Shown here one piece after another: positions 44,556 to 55,866 of a stretch of 64,000 nucleotides of DNA. The stretch spans positions 25,714 through 89,713 of the forward strand of contig NIVC01001432.1 of the NCBI GenBank assembly GCA_002269645.1, in the 5' to 3' direction. Made by a program: the position numbers and the translations under genes. How positions within the stretch are numbered: position 1 is the stretch's first letter; each line of letters opens with the position of its first letter. The notes beneath the pieces are model-generated. The model was not told the DNA's origin and made no database searches. It saw nothing but the letters and a program-made list of their open reading frames with translations. Origin of the DNA: Macrostomum lignano. Lineage: Eukaryota.

Positions 44556-44830
44556 AGAAGTATGGGACTGTTTCTAAAACTTGTCGCAAGGCGAGGCATT
44601 CCGATGCAAGCCGGGTCTCCATATGCTGAGCCATTAATATTTTTCATGAATATTTTAGTTGCTCAAAGTGCTCACTGGTTATTCGAAAGATGGCATGTCA
44701 TCAAATAGCACTAATAAAGAACGAAGTCTTGAAATAATCAAATTAGTTTGTGCAATCTCGCGGTTTCTGAATAGATGTAGACTTCAGGCATGTAATTTAC
44801 CATTTCTTGTCATGAAAATTTATTCAACTG

Positions 44831-46879
44831 ATGAATGTTTCAACTGCAGGAGGCAGGAAGCCAGAAGCATCGGCTGCAGCCTGCGGCGGCGGCTCGAAGT
44901 CGTCCAGCTGCGCCATGCTGTTCTGCGAGTGCAGCTCGATCCGGGGCATGCCGAAAATCGCGCGCTCATCGTCGAATTTTCTGAGAAAAATGTGGCTCAC
45001 CTTTGTCGTAGTGATGACGCTAGTGCTGATTGTCTCCGCCTCGCTGTCCGTGCGTTCCTACCTGCAGTATGACGTCATCGTGCACATCTCGGACATTCAG
45101 AATCAGCGATCGCCATTTCCGGCCATAACTGTCTGCCTGCATCAGCCGTTCTCGAATCGAGCCTTCAAACTCTGGGCAAACCGCTCGGTGCTGTCGCCTA
45201 GAGAGTACAACAAGCTGCTGAGAAACTGGGCCATCAGCATCATCAATCGCACGGAGGATTTCTCAACGATCGGCAGTACGGATCCCATATCGTACGCGCT
45301 CTACTACGACATGCTGGAAGTGTACTATCAGAACATCCAGCTGCGGGACATCACAGTTCTCAGCCACGAGCCCAGCGTTATCCGGAAGTGCATCCTGAAG
45401 AACAGCGGCGGTATGAGCTACTTCAAGGATCCGTGCAACCTGACTGAGTACGGCTTCAGCACGAAGCTGTTCTCGCATCCGAAGCACCTGAACTGTTACA
45501 CGGTTGAGCCTAGTAATCCCATTTCGTCCATTGAGACCTACTTTCTCGGCATGGCAGTTGACCTGGGACCGAAGCCCGACTATGCAAATTTTCAGCAGGG
45601 CTTCCTCAACGACGTCTTCGACCAGGCCACCGGACTGCGCGTGGTCATCCACGAGCCCAACCGATACCCCAACGTGGAGCACTTCGGCATGAACGTCGAG
45701 TCTGGCAAGATGACGGAGCTGGCCTACACCCCGACGCTGTGGAACCGCAGCAACACGCCAGTGAATCCGTGCATCCTCAGCGGCGAGTCGTTCAAGGATC
45801 TTGGCAGAGAGTTCTGGTACACCCAACGGGAGTGTACTAACAAGCACATTCAGGACCAGGTATGATTCTAAAATACCGGGAGCATCTCATTGGATTTCAC
45901 TAAATTTGACACAGATACGACTCCAATCGAGTTGTTTGCGGCATCAAAAGATGCTTCAGAATTCGTGCAGTGTTACAACTTTTCATGTTAAGTTTAATGT
46001 AAACTCTATCTAGGATATTTTCACGTGCGATTTTAACTATCTACCACGCCAAATCGCCAGGTAATGGCTCGCTGCAACTGCATCATCGGTCTGCCCGGTT
46101 TTCCCCGGCCGAAAACGCCCAGCATAGCGCTGCCGTACTGCGCCTCGTTCACCAGAGCCTACAACAAAACCTTCGACGACTTCTTAAACCAGCTGAACTG
46201 CTATGTTGGCGTCCTGGAGAGCCTGACTGAGGCAAACTGCCTGCCACGGTGCATTCTCACCGAGTACGAGACGAAGCCATCCGTGACCTACTGGGGCGCC
46301 ACAGACTGGCAAGTATATTGGTCAGGCAAATTCGTCAACGACATTGAAGACCTCAGCAGTCTGATTCAGGACCGAGACGAGAGGGCGAAGCCGCTCCCGG
46401 AGCTCAGGGAGCGGTTCGGCGCGGTCAAAAGTCGCCTAATGCGATACCTGACGCAGGAGAATCTGACCACGGTAGGCGACGCCGACGGGCAAGTTGAAGA
46501 CATGGTCGAATCAAAAAACTTCGCTTACGTTGTGCTCAAACGGAAAAGCGAAAATCTCGTACTCAAAGAGGAGAAACAGGTGCTGACGTTGAACGCGCTG
46601 ATGTCGCAGATTGGCGGCCTGTGCTCGCTCACTATCGGCTTGACCTGCGCGTTCGTTGTGGAAATTGTCGAATTCTTTTACATCTACACGACTCGAGCCG
46701 CCAGCAAGCAGCCCGCCAGTGCAGCTGGAGGCCCGGCTGACTGCTCGACAGTGGCGAATGCGGCTGCAGGCGCCGCTCTATTGAATGACTCTGCGAACTC
46801 AAGGCAGCCGCAGCCGCTGCAGCCGCCACTGCAGCAACCGCAGCAGCGGTACAGAAGAGTCTGCGCGACTGAGCTCTAG
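44831..46879 (+). CDS. DEG/ENaC (amiloride-sensitive sodium channel family) subunit; exons 44831-45859 and 46061-46879
   Basis: FCECSSIRG pre-TM1, TM1 MWLTFVVVMTLVLIV, FPAITVC, GLRVVIH, ECTNKHIQDQ|VMARCNC spliced in phase 0, Cys-rich thumb, TM2 LMSQIGGLCSLTIGLTCAFVVEIVEF. The start codon could instead lie in an upstream exon. Confidence 0.93.
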
Positions 46880-47359
46880 GCCAGCCTGTCCCATGTGGGA
46901 GAGCATTAGCGAACTTGTTCTCTTGTCTCTATCACAGCTCTATCAGGCCACAGTTATTGGCGCACGTGACCTGAATATGGATGAGCCTGAGAAGGTGGCG
47001 GCGCCTGCTTGAGTCCTACTGATGAAGAAATAATTTCGTTAAATATTTTATGCACTTGCAGTCGTCATTATAATACAGTTTCGCTCATTAATTTAATTGA
47101 AAGAGTGCCTGCCTGATATTTATGCACAATCTATCTTATCCTCAGCTGGGAACCTGCTCCCGTGCAAGGGAAGGGGCGTGGAAGGTGGAAGCAGGTGGAA
47201 GGGCGGGGGCGGATCCCCGGGGTCATTTACCCCATAACTCCGACACCCCCTTCTCCGCGCTCTTCTTACCCCTATCTCCGACACCCACCTCACTCCGCGC
47301 TCCTCTGACCTCAAACTCCGACACTCACCTCCCTCCGTGTTTCACCACCCACCTCCCTC

Positions 47360-47615
47360 CGCGTCCTTCTAACCCCTAGTTCCGACACCCACCTCCCTCC
47401 GCGTCTTTCTAATCCCTAGCACCGACACCCACCTCCCTCCGCGTCTTTCTAACCCCTAGCTCCGACACCCACCTCCCTCCGCGTCCTTCTAACCCTAGCA
47501 CCGACACCCACCTCCCTCCGCGTCCTTCTAACCCCTAGCACCGACACCCACTTCCCTCCGCGTCCTTCTAACCCCTAGCACCGACACCGACCTCCCTCCG
47601 CGTCCTTCTAACCCC
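47360..47615. repeat. 40-bp minisatellite containing taacccctag
   Basis: Period of 40 (47401, 47441, 47481). Confidence 0.92.
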
Positions 47616-48635
47616 TAACTTAACTCCAGAAGACTTCCATCTGAAGCGCTATAATTTCTTTGTGATTCAGAAATTCCAGAAATCAACCTACCGAAATTTT
47701 CACACAAGCGAGACTTGTATTTTAACTTAATGTAGCTCGGAACCGTTCCTACGTGGTGTCCATTTCCGCTCATCCATCCTTCACTCGCGGCTCGCTAGAA
47801 TCAGGATTTTCAAACATCAGTTTTTTGTTTGAAATAAGTCGCTCGCATATAGTCTAAAAGTTCTATAGCACACGATCGAACTAATGGAGAACAAATAATG
47901 CTTTGGTACATTTGCCTCACTCCCTGTTTGCTCCCACCGCTTTCCTCAGCATCCTTCCCCTCCCCTTCCCCCTCGTAGTCGCGTACCTGGCCCGCGTATC
48001 TTCGAAAACTTCAAGGCCCCCAGTGGATCCGCAACTGTAGCTCTCAGCTTCCTACTTAGTCTGCTCCTTCATCGTCTCCTTTTGCCTTCCCAGCTTCCAG
48101 ACATTTCATAAAAAAGCTTAGCTCAACTCGGCTCTTATTCTTTCCAAGCCTGTCAGATGAAAGCAACTCAAAGCACTGTTTCACGGCATTCCAAGAACTT
48201 CAACCCGGAAGCAATGTGTGTAGAAATGTCTTTTATTTTGCTTTTCTCTTCCCTCTCTCTCTGTGTGCCGCGCGAGGTCTCTCTGCCTGCCTGTTTAAGC
48301 CTGATATTAAAATGATATTGTCATTTCTCATAGTTTCAATACACGCCGCTTTTTGCTGCTTTTAATGCTGCCTTGCTGCTGTTTATTATTCCTGAATATT
48401 ATCATCGGTTGGGTTGAAAAAATTATAGACTTTTTATCTAGTATATTTTTATACAAGCACCCCTGTACATAAATGCATATTATAAATCTGCTACACGAGG
48501 GCTGCTGCAGTCTAAAATTCTGCATAGCTTACGGTAGGTTGTCTGCCAAAATGCTACCATGGTAATAAACTTATCTGATGCATGATTTTAACAGATTTCG
48601 GCAACTCTCTGTGCGGGTTATGACCTCACAGCTTG

Positions 48636-49465
48636 GCTTACGGGGGGAATTGCTCAGATGTCAAGGCAATTGCTAGGGGAATTGCTGAGATTTCAAGGCT
48701 TGCTAGGGGAATTGCTGAGATGTCAAGGCTTGCTAGGGGAATTGCTGAGATGTCAAGGCTTGCTAGGGGAATTGCTGAGATGTCAAGGCTTGCTAGGGGA
48801 ATTGCTGAGATGTCAAGGCCTACGGGGGGAATTGCTGAGATGTCAAGGCTATTGCTAGGGGAATTGCTGAGATGTCAAGGCAATTGCTAGGGGAATTGCT
48901 GAGATTTCAAGGCTTGCTAGGGGAATTGCTGAGAAGTCAAGGCAATTGCTAGGGGAATTGCTGAGATGTCAAGGCAATTGCTAGGGGAATTGCTGAGATT
49001 TCAAGGCTTGCTAGGGGAATTGCTGAGATGTCAAGGCAATTGCTAGGGGAATTGCTGAGATTTCAAGGCTTGCTAGGGGAATTGCTGAGATGTCAAGGCA
49101 ATTGCTAGGGGAATTGCTGAGATGTCAAGGCAATTGCTAGGGGAATTGCTGAGATTTCAAGGCTTGCTAGGGGAATTGCTGAGATGTCAAGGCTTGCTAG
49201 GGGAATTGCTGAGATGTCAAGGCTTGCTAGGGGAATTGCTAAGATGTCAAGGCTTGCTAGGGGAATTGCTGAGATGTCAAGGCTTGCTAGGGGAATTGCT
49301 GAGATGTCAAGGCTTGCTAGGGGAATTGCTGAGATGTCAAGGCCTACGGGGGGAATTGCTGAGATGTCAAGGCTTGCTAAGGGAATTGCTGAGATGTCAA
49401 GGCTTGCTAGAGGAATTCCTGAGATGTCAAGGCTTGCTATGGGAATTGCTGAGAAGTCAAGGCTG
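48636..49465. repeat. 30/32-bp minisatellite gggaattgctgagatgtcaaggcttgctag
   Basis: Direct observation; a single-unit homologue lies at ~55068-55135. Confidence 0.95.
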
Positions 49466-50099
49466 AGAGTCAGAAGCTACATGCAGTTTATTCAATAATT
49501 TTATTCCATTCTTTCTTGGCTCCTCTTGGCTCTTGGCAGCTAAAAACATTGATATAGCTAAATGAAAAAAGCAATTTTAATCTACTAATATGCACACGCA
49601 ACTCTCTGTGTATCTTCTTGCTTTTGCTTTTGAATCCTTTAAAAGCATTGTGTTTTTTATGCTCTTGCCATGGATATAATTAACGTTATAAAAATGCTAA
49701 TTGTTTTTGCATACTAAATAAAAATTATATTTTAGAATTCTACATTTTTTTGTTTTCTATAGTGGATATCATTAAAAATGGTTAAATATTGGTATTGATT
49801 TTTGAATTGGTGTTAATTGTTACTTTATAACAGCCGGTCAATCCTAAAAGTACATGTGCTACTACGATATCTAGTGAAATTTTGGAGCTTAAGACAAGTG
49901 GTTTGTCCAGCAAAACTAGGCGAAAATTCCACCTGTATTCGTTATCCTTTACTTTGGTTAGTAAGATATTGCGAATAGACATGTCAGATTGAGAAAACCG
50001 AAAAAACCAGCAAGATAAAAATAGCACACAGCAGATGGAATAGAGTAGTAACAATATGATACTGTCAAGTCCAGGTACACCTGTCTCTATGATTAGCAA

Positions 50100-50230
50100 A
50101 TTACCTGTCTATGGTCCCAAAATACCTGTCTCTCTATTGTCCCAAAACACCTGTCTCTCTATGGTCCCAAAACACCTGTTTGTCTATGGTACCAAAACAC
50201 CTGTCTCTCTATGGTACCAAAACACCTGTC
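50100..50230. repeat. 25-bp minisatellite cccaaaacacctgtctctctatggt
   Basis: Period of 25. Confidence 0.85.
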
Positions 50231-50526
50231 CTTCTGCTCGCAAAACACTTTTCTGTGGTTCGAAAACACCAACCTCTCGGTCCTTTAACCCGCTATTTTT
50301 CCAGCACCTGTCTCACAGTAAGAGTTCGAATTGATTTTATTTAGTCTTGCCTTGCGAAATTTAAAGTGAGATGTTTGGAAGCAGGAACGAGTACTTTTCT
50401 CAGATTAGAAAGCTAAGATTCCCATTGGCTGAGGCCTGTCTCCATCATTTACGAGTATAAATTTGCACCTAATCCAATTCAGAAAGTAGGGGAAACTTTG
50501 ACACAGCGTTCGCTGCCTGCCGAGAC

Positions 50527-51810
50527 ATGAATTCATTAAACTTCACTGCCACCAACGAGTCGTCTGCAGTCACGCCGATGTCTATTTGTCGACACAGCAT
50601 CGTGACCCGGCACTCCAGCACTCTCCGACTGATGCAGGCTTTTGCTCCATTGGTGGTGCAGCTGGTCCGCCTCATCCTGCCCGTCTGGATCATCCTGGGC
50701 GTGCCCGGTTCTCTGCTCAGCCTGGCCGTCTGGTCCAGTCGGCGACTTCGCACCGCGTCCAGCGTTTACCTGAGCGCTCTGGCGGTGCTGGACGCGGCGT
50801 TCTTGCTGCTGCAGCAGCTGCCTTGGCACCTGCACGCCTATTACGATCTAAGCGTCGTTGACAACCGGTTGATGTGCAGCGCGTTTCCCGTGTTCAGCCT
50901 GTGGCTGCAGTACCTCTCCCCGCTGCTAATTCTGGCCTTCACTGTCGAGCGCTACGCTGCAATCTTTCATCCGTTCGCTAGCAGACGCCTGAGCACACCG
51001 AGGCGTTCTCTGGTTGTTTCCGGTTGCCTAGCAACTGTCTGCCTGCCGCTAGCGCTGGTGCAGCTCTGCTTCTTTCGCTACGATGCAGCTCGTCAACAGT
51101 GCCTGGACGATGAGCGGGTGTTCGAACCGGGAACGCCCAGGCATCGTCTGTACCACGCCTGGAGCAAGACTACCGAGGTCCTGTTCTTCGCTGTCACTCC
51201 CCTGACCATCCTGCTGTTCAACTCGCTGGTGCTCACCAGAGCAAGACGCCACGCTGGAGATCCGAGCAGGCGGCGAACAACCACAGCGACTCTGCTGTGC
51301 GTGTCTTTCTACCAGCTGGGCGTCATGCTGCCGGTGTCCGTGATGCTCTTCCTCGGATTCCACGCGGCCGGAACCGACTACTTGCACTCGGCCACGTGCA
51401 ACCTCACCGACTCAGAGGTCTTGGCCGGCATGTCCGAAGGTCACCTGCCGGAGGTTGCGGGCTATTTTCGACACGCCACGGCCAGCAGCCTGGTGTCACT
51501 GCTGGCCGTCAGCCACAGCGCAGTCAAGCTGTTCATCTACTTGGCCACTGGCGAGGCGTTCCGGCGCCAGCTGGCCAGACTGATGAGGCTGCAGCAGACG
51601 GTTGCCAGGGGCAACTGGAGGAGCTCACGGGCTGCCACGGGTCTGGCATCGGCAACAATGGCTGCGCTGCCGCCGCTGCCGCCGCAGGCACAGCAGCAGC
51701 TGCTGCTACCTGTCAGGAGATCCGCCCAGCAGAGACGGCAATTGAGGAGGCAGCAGCAGCTGAAAGGAATCGAACTCGTGTCCGTACAGCAGATGGTTGC
51801 GTCAGTCTAG
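50527..51810 (+). CDS. Single-exon class A GPCR, FMRFamide/sex-peptide-receptor-like (srw-type) orphan
   Basis: N-glycosylated N-terminus, seven hydrophobic segments, YLSALAVLD (TM2), ECL1 Cys, FTVERYAAIFHPF (TM3), FFAVTP (TM5), LFIY..G..FR (TM7/H8), Gln-rich tail. Confidence 0.93.
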   Translation: MNSLNFTATNESSAVTPMSICRHSIVTRHSSTLRLMQAFAPLVVQLVRLILPVWIILGVPGSLLSLAVWSSRRLRTASSVYLSALAVLDAAFLLLQQLPWHLHAYYDLSVVDNRLMCSAFPVFSLWLQYLSPLLILAFTVERYAAIFHPFASRRLSTPRRSLVVSGCLATVCLPLALVQLCFFRYDAARQQCLDDERVFEPGTPRHRLYHAWSKTTEVLFFAVTPLTILLFNSLVLTRARRHAGDPSRRRTTTATLLCVSFYQLGVMLPVSVMLFLGFHAAGTDYLHSATCNLTDSEVLAGMSEGHLPEVAGYFRHATASSLVSLLAVSHSAVKLFIYLATGEAFRRQLARLMRLQQTVARGNWRSSRAATGLASATMAALPPLPPQAQQQLLLPVRRSAQQRRQLRRQQQLKGIELVSVQQMVASV

Positions 51811-51869
51811 TTAAAGATACATTGTTGATTAAAATCATAAATTATCGATTTGATTCAAATTTTCCTATT

Positions 51870-53850
51870 CTGTCCGAGTGTCCGAGTTGAATCTCTCTAT
51901 TCTGTCCTAGTGTCCAAGTTGAATATCTCAATTCTGTCCTAGTGTCCGAGTTGAATCTCTCTATTCTGTCCTAGTGTCCGAGTTAAATCTCTCTATTCTG
52001 TCCTAGTGTCCGAGTTGAATCTCTCTGTTCTGCCCTAGTGTCCGAGTTAAATCTCTCTATTCTGTCCCAGTGTCCGAGTTGAATCTCTCTGTTCTATCCT
52101 AGTGTCCGAGTTGAATCTCTCTATTCTATCCTAGTGTCCGAGTTAAATCTCTCTATTCTGTCCTAGTGTCCGAGTTGAATCTCTCTGTTCTGCCCTAGTG
52201 TCCGAGTTAAATCTCTCTATTCTGTCCCAGTGTCCGAGTTGAATCTCTCTGTTCTATCCTAGTGTCCGAGTTGAATCTCTCTATTCTATCCTAGTGTCCG
52301 AGTTAAATCTCTCTATTCTGTCCTAGTGTCCGAGTTGAATCTCTCTGTTCTGCCCTATTGTCCGAGTTGAATCTCTCTATTCTATCCTAGAGTCCGAGTT
52401 GAATATCTCACTTCTGTCCTAGTGTCCGAGTTGAATCTCTCTATTCTATCCTAGAGTCCGAGTTAAATCTCTTTATTCTGTCCTAGTGTCCGAGTTGAAT
52501 CTCTCTATTCTGTCCTAGTGTCCGAGTTGAATCTCTCTGTTCTGCCCTAGTGTCCGAGTTGAATCTCTCTATTCTATCCTAGTGTCCGAGTTAAATCTCT
52601 CTGTTCTGTCCTAGTGTCCGAGTTGAATCTCTCTATTCTATCCTAGTGTCCGAGTTAAATCTCTCTATTCTGTCCTAGTGTCCGAGTTGAATCTCTCTGT
52701 TCTATCCTAGTGTCCGAGTTGAATCTCTCTATTCTATCCTAGTGTCCGAGTTAAATCTCTCTATTCTGTCCTAGTGTCCGAGTTGAATCTCTTTGTTCTG
52801 CCCCAGTGTCCGAGTTGAATCTCTCTGTTCTATCCTAGTGTCCGAGTTAAATCTCTCTATTCTGTCCTAGTGTCCGAGTTGAATCTCTCTATTCTATCCT
52901 AGTGTCCGAGTTAAATCTCTCTATTCTGTCCTAGTGTCCGAGTTGAATCTCTCTGTTCTGCCCTAGTGTCCGAGTTGAATCTCTCTGTTCTATCCTAGTG
53001 TCCGAGTTGAATATCTCACTTCTGTCCTAGTGTCCGAGTTGAATCTCTCTATTCTATCCTAGTGTCCGAGTTGAATCTCTCTATTCTATCCTAGTGTCCG
53101 AGTTGAATCTCTCTATTCTATCCTAGTGTCCGAGTTAAATCTCTCTATTCTGTCCTAGTGTCCGAGTTAAATCTCTCTGTTCTGCCCCAGTGTCCGAGTT
53201 GAATCTCTCTATTCTATCCTAGTGTCCGAGTTAAATCTCTCTATTCTGTCCTAGTGTCCGAGTTGAATCTCTCTGTTCTGCCCTAGTGTCCGAGTTGAAT
53301 CTCTCTATTCTATCCTAGTGTCCGAGTTGAATATCTCACTTCTGTCCTAGTGTCCGATTTGAATCTCTCTATTCTATCCTAGTGTCCGAGTTGAATCTCT
53401 CTATTCTATCCTAGTGTCCGAGTTGAATCTCTCTATTCTATCCTAGTGTCCGAGTTAAATCTCTTTATTCTGTCCTAGTGTCCGAGTTGAATCTCTCTAT
53501 TCTGTCCTAGTGTCCGAGTTGAATCTCTCTATTCTATCCTAGTGTCCGAGTTGAATCTCTCTATTCTATCCTAGTGTCCGAGTTGAATCTCTCTATTCTA
53601 TCCTAGTGTCCGAGTTGAATCTCTCTATTCTATCCTAGTGTCCGAGTTGAATCTCTCTATTCTATCCTAGTGTCCGAGTTGAATCTCTCTATTCTATCCT
53701 AGTGTCCGAGTTGAATCTCTCTATTCTATCCTAGTGTCCAAGTTGAATCTCTCTGTTCTATCCTAGTGTCCGAGTTAAATCTCTTTATTCTGTCCTAGTG
53801 TCCGAGTTGAATCTCTCTATTCTGTCCGAGTGTCAATGTTGACTATCACA
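51870..53850. repeat. 32-bp minisatellite ctagtgtccgagttgaatctctctattct(a/g)tc (~2 kb)
   Basis: Period of 32 (53521, 53553). Confidence 0.97.
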
Positions 53851-54374
53851 GTTCTGTCCGAGTGTCCGGATCGAACATTCCCAACTGGCACTCGATGTTA
53901 AGTTAAATATTGCATACAGATTCTCATTTATCATAACCATTTACTCTCCTTACAATATCAGAAAACATTTTCAAGCATTTTCTGCAAGTTTTAAAGGCAT
54001 ATTTGAATTGTCAGCTACAGAATGTACCTATAAATTTAAATATATTAAAAGAAAAATTTTAAAGAAAAAAGTCCTGCACACACATTTTAATGGGCAAGTT
54101 CTTCGAGTCCGTGATTGCGAGCTATTTTGTCGAAGACTTCGTATTTTAATGTTGACAAATAATTCCTAACAAAAATAAGTAATGTTTATGAAACCTGCAA
54201 TGGCTGATGAATGAAGCACCTGAAATGAGTACAATCTTTATTTAGGCTTTTTTAAAGTTGTACGACTAATAGAATCTTGTTTACAAACAGTCAGTTGCAA
54301 CCATGATAATTGGCACTAGAATAGGTAAAAAATTGCATTAAAAATTGATCGATAATATGCCCTGTAAGACTTGG

Positions 54375-55003
54375 GATAAGGAGAGGGGAGTGGAGATAAG
54401 GAGAGGGGAATGGAGATAAGGAGAGGGGGAATGGAGATAAGGAGAGGGGGAATGGAGATAAGGAGAGGGGAATGGAGATAAGGAGAGGGGGAATGGAGAT
54501 AAGGAGAGGGGGAATGGAGATAAGGAGAGGGGGAATGGAGATAAGGGGAGGGGAATGGAGATAAGGAGAGGGGGGATGGAGATAAGGAGAGAGGGAATGG
54601 AGATAAGGAGAGGGGGAATGGAGATAAGGGGAGGGGAATGGAGATAAGGAGAGGGGGGATGGAGATAAGGAGAGAGGGAATGGAGATAAGGAGAGGGGGA
54701 ATGGAGATAAGGAGAGGGGGAATGGAGATAAGGAGAGGGGGAATGGAGATAAGGAGAGGGGGGATGGAGATAAGGAGAGAGGGAATGGAGATAAGGAGAG
54801 GGGAATGGAGATAAGGAGAGGGGGAATGGAGATAAGGAGAGGGGGAATGGAGATAAGGAGAGGGGGAATGGAGATAAGGAGAGGGGGAAGGAGATAAGGG
54901 GAGGGGGAATGGAGATAAGGAGAGGGGGAATGGAGATAAGGGGAAGGGGAATGGAGATAAGGAGAGGGGGAATGGAGATAAGGGGAAGGGGAATGGAGAT
55001 AAG
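54375..55003. repeat. 20-21-bp purine-rich minisatellite ggagataaggagagggggaat
   Basis: Direct observation. Confidence 0.95.
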
Positions 55004-55569
55004 GAACCAATCGTTTGAAGACACTGGAGCACACAAAGATCTTTACTAAGCAGAAACGCGTCAAGGCTTACGGGTGGAGATTCATGAGATGTCAAAGCTG
55101 TGAGGTCAGAAGCAACATGCAGTTTATTCAAGTTTTTGCATTCTCTGTTGCCTCCCCAACGGCGGGAGCTGATTGCCAGTCGTTTTCTAAGAACGAAAAA
55201 AATGGATAAGAAATGAATAAATGAAAATGGGGGGGTGACTGACAATCCGGACATGCTTCAGTATTCTTCTTACACTATACAGCCAGCAGACGCCAACTGA
55301 TCAATTAATTGGATAGAATCATCACAGGACGAGCCCCCAGGCAAGATTAAGTCCGAAATCGGTGTCGGAATCAATTATATCGCGATGAAAAATCTCTTCC
55401 CCCCCAGCAGACTTCCGGCAATTTCTGCGGCATCAAAGATGCTCTGCTACAAATTTGCACGAGAGAGATTTTTTCTGAAGGCTTTTGAGTCGCTAGTCAG
55501 TAATTAATTGAAAACTTAGATAGCGATGACTTTTTTGCTTTCAATTACTCCGCAAGGTCGCCAATAATA

Positions 55570-55866
55570 ACAACGATAACTGATATTACACCTTTCACTA
55601 ATGGCCAGATGTGCAACCGACAGCTCAGCCGCAGCTATTGCGTGGCGCATCTGAAGGCTACGTACGGCTGTTCAGTCCAAGGACTAGAGGTCGCCACACA
55701 CACCCTCAATTACCACTAGCTGGCACCCATTTTACATCTGGATGAACTGAAGCAATGCAGAGTTAAGTGTCTTGCTCAAGGACACAAATTTTTCCGGTGG
55801 GACCGGGAATCGAACCCCCGACCTTCAAGTCGTGAATCCGACGCTCTGACCACTAGGCTACAGCCC
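55570..55866 (-). mobile_element. tRNA-headed CORE-type SINE, full length
   Basis: A-box tagcctagtgg, B-box ggttcgattcc, then gtgtccttgagcaagacacttaac...tgtaaaatggg (MIR/CORE-like); possible ccaata TSD. Confidence 0.8.

Noticed and set aside
32485-53850. CRISPR-like arrays
   Set aside because: The repeats are head-to-tail without unique spacers, the context is eukaryotic, and there are no cas genes.
55795-55866. tRNA gene (also 63674-63750)
   Set aside because: The acceptor stem is poor and the sequence continues directly into a shared SINE body.
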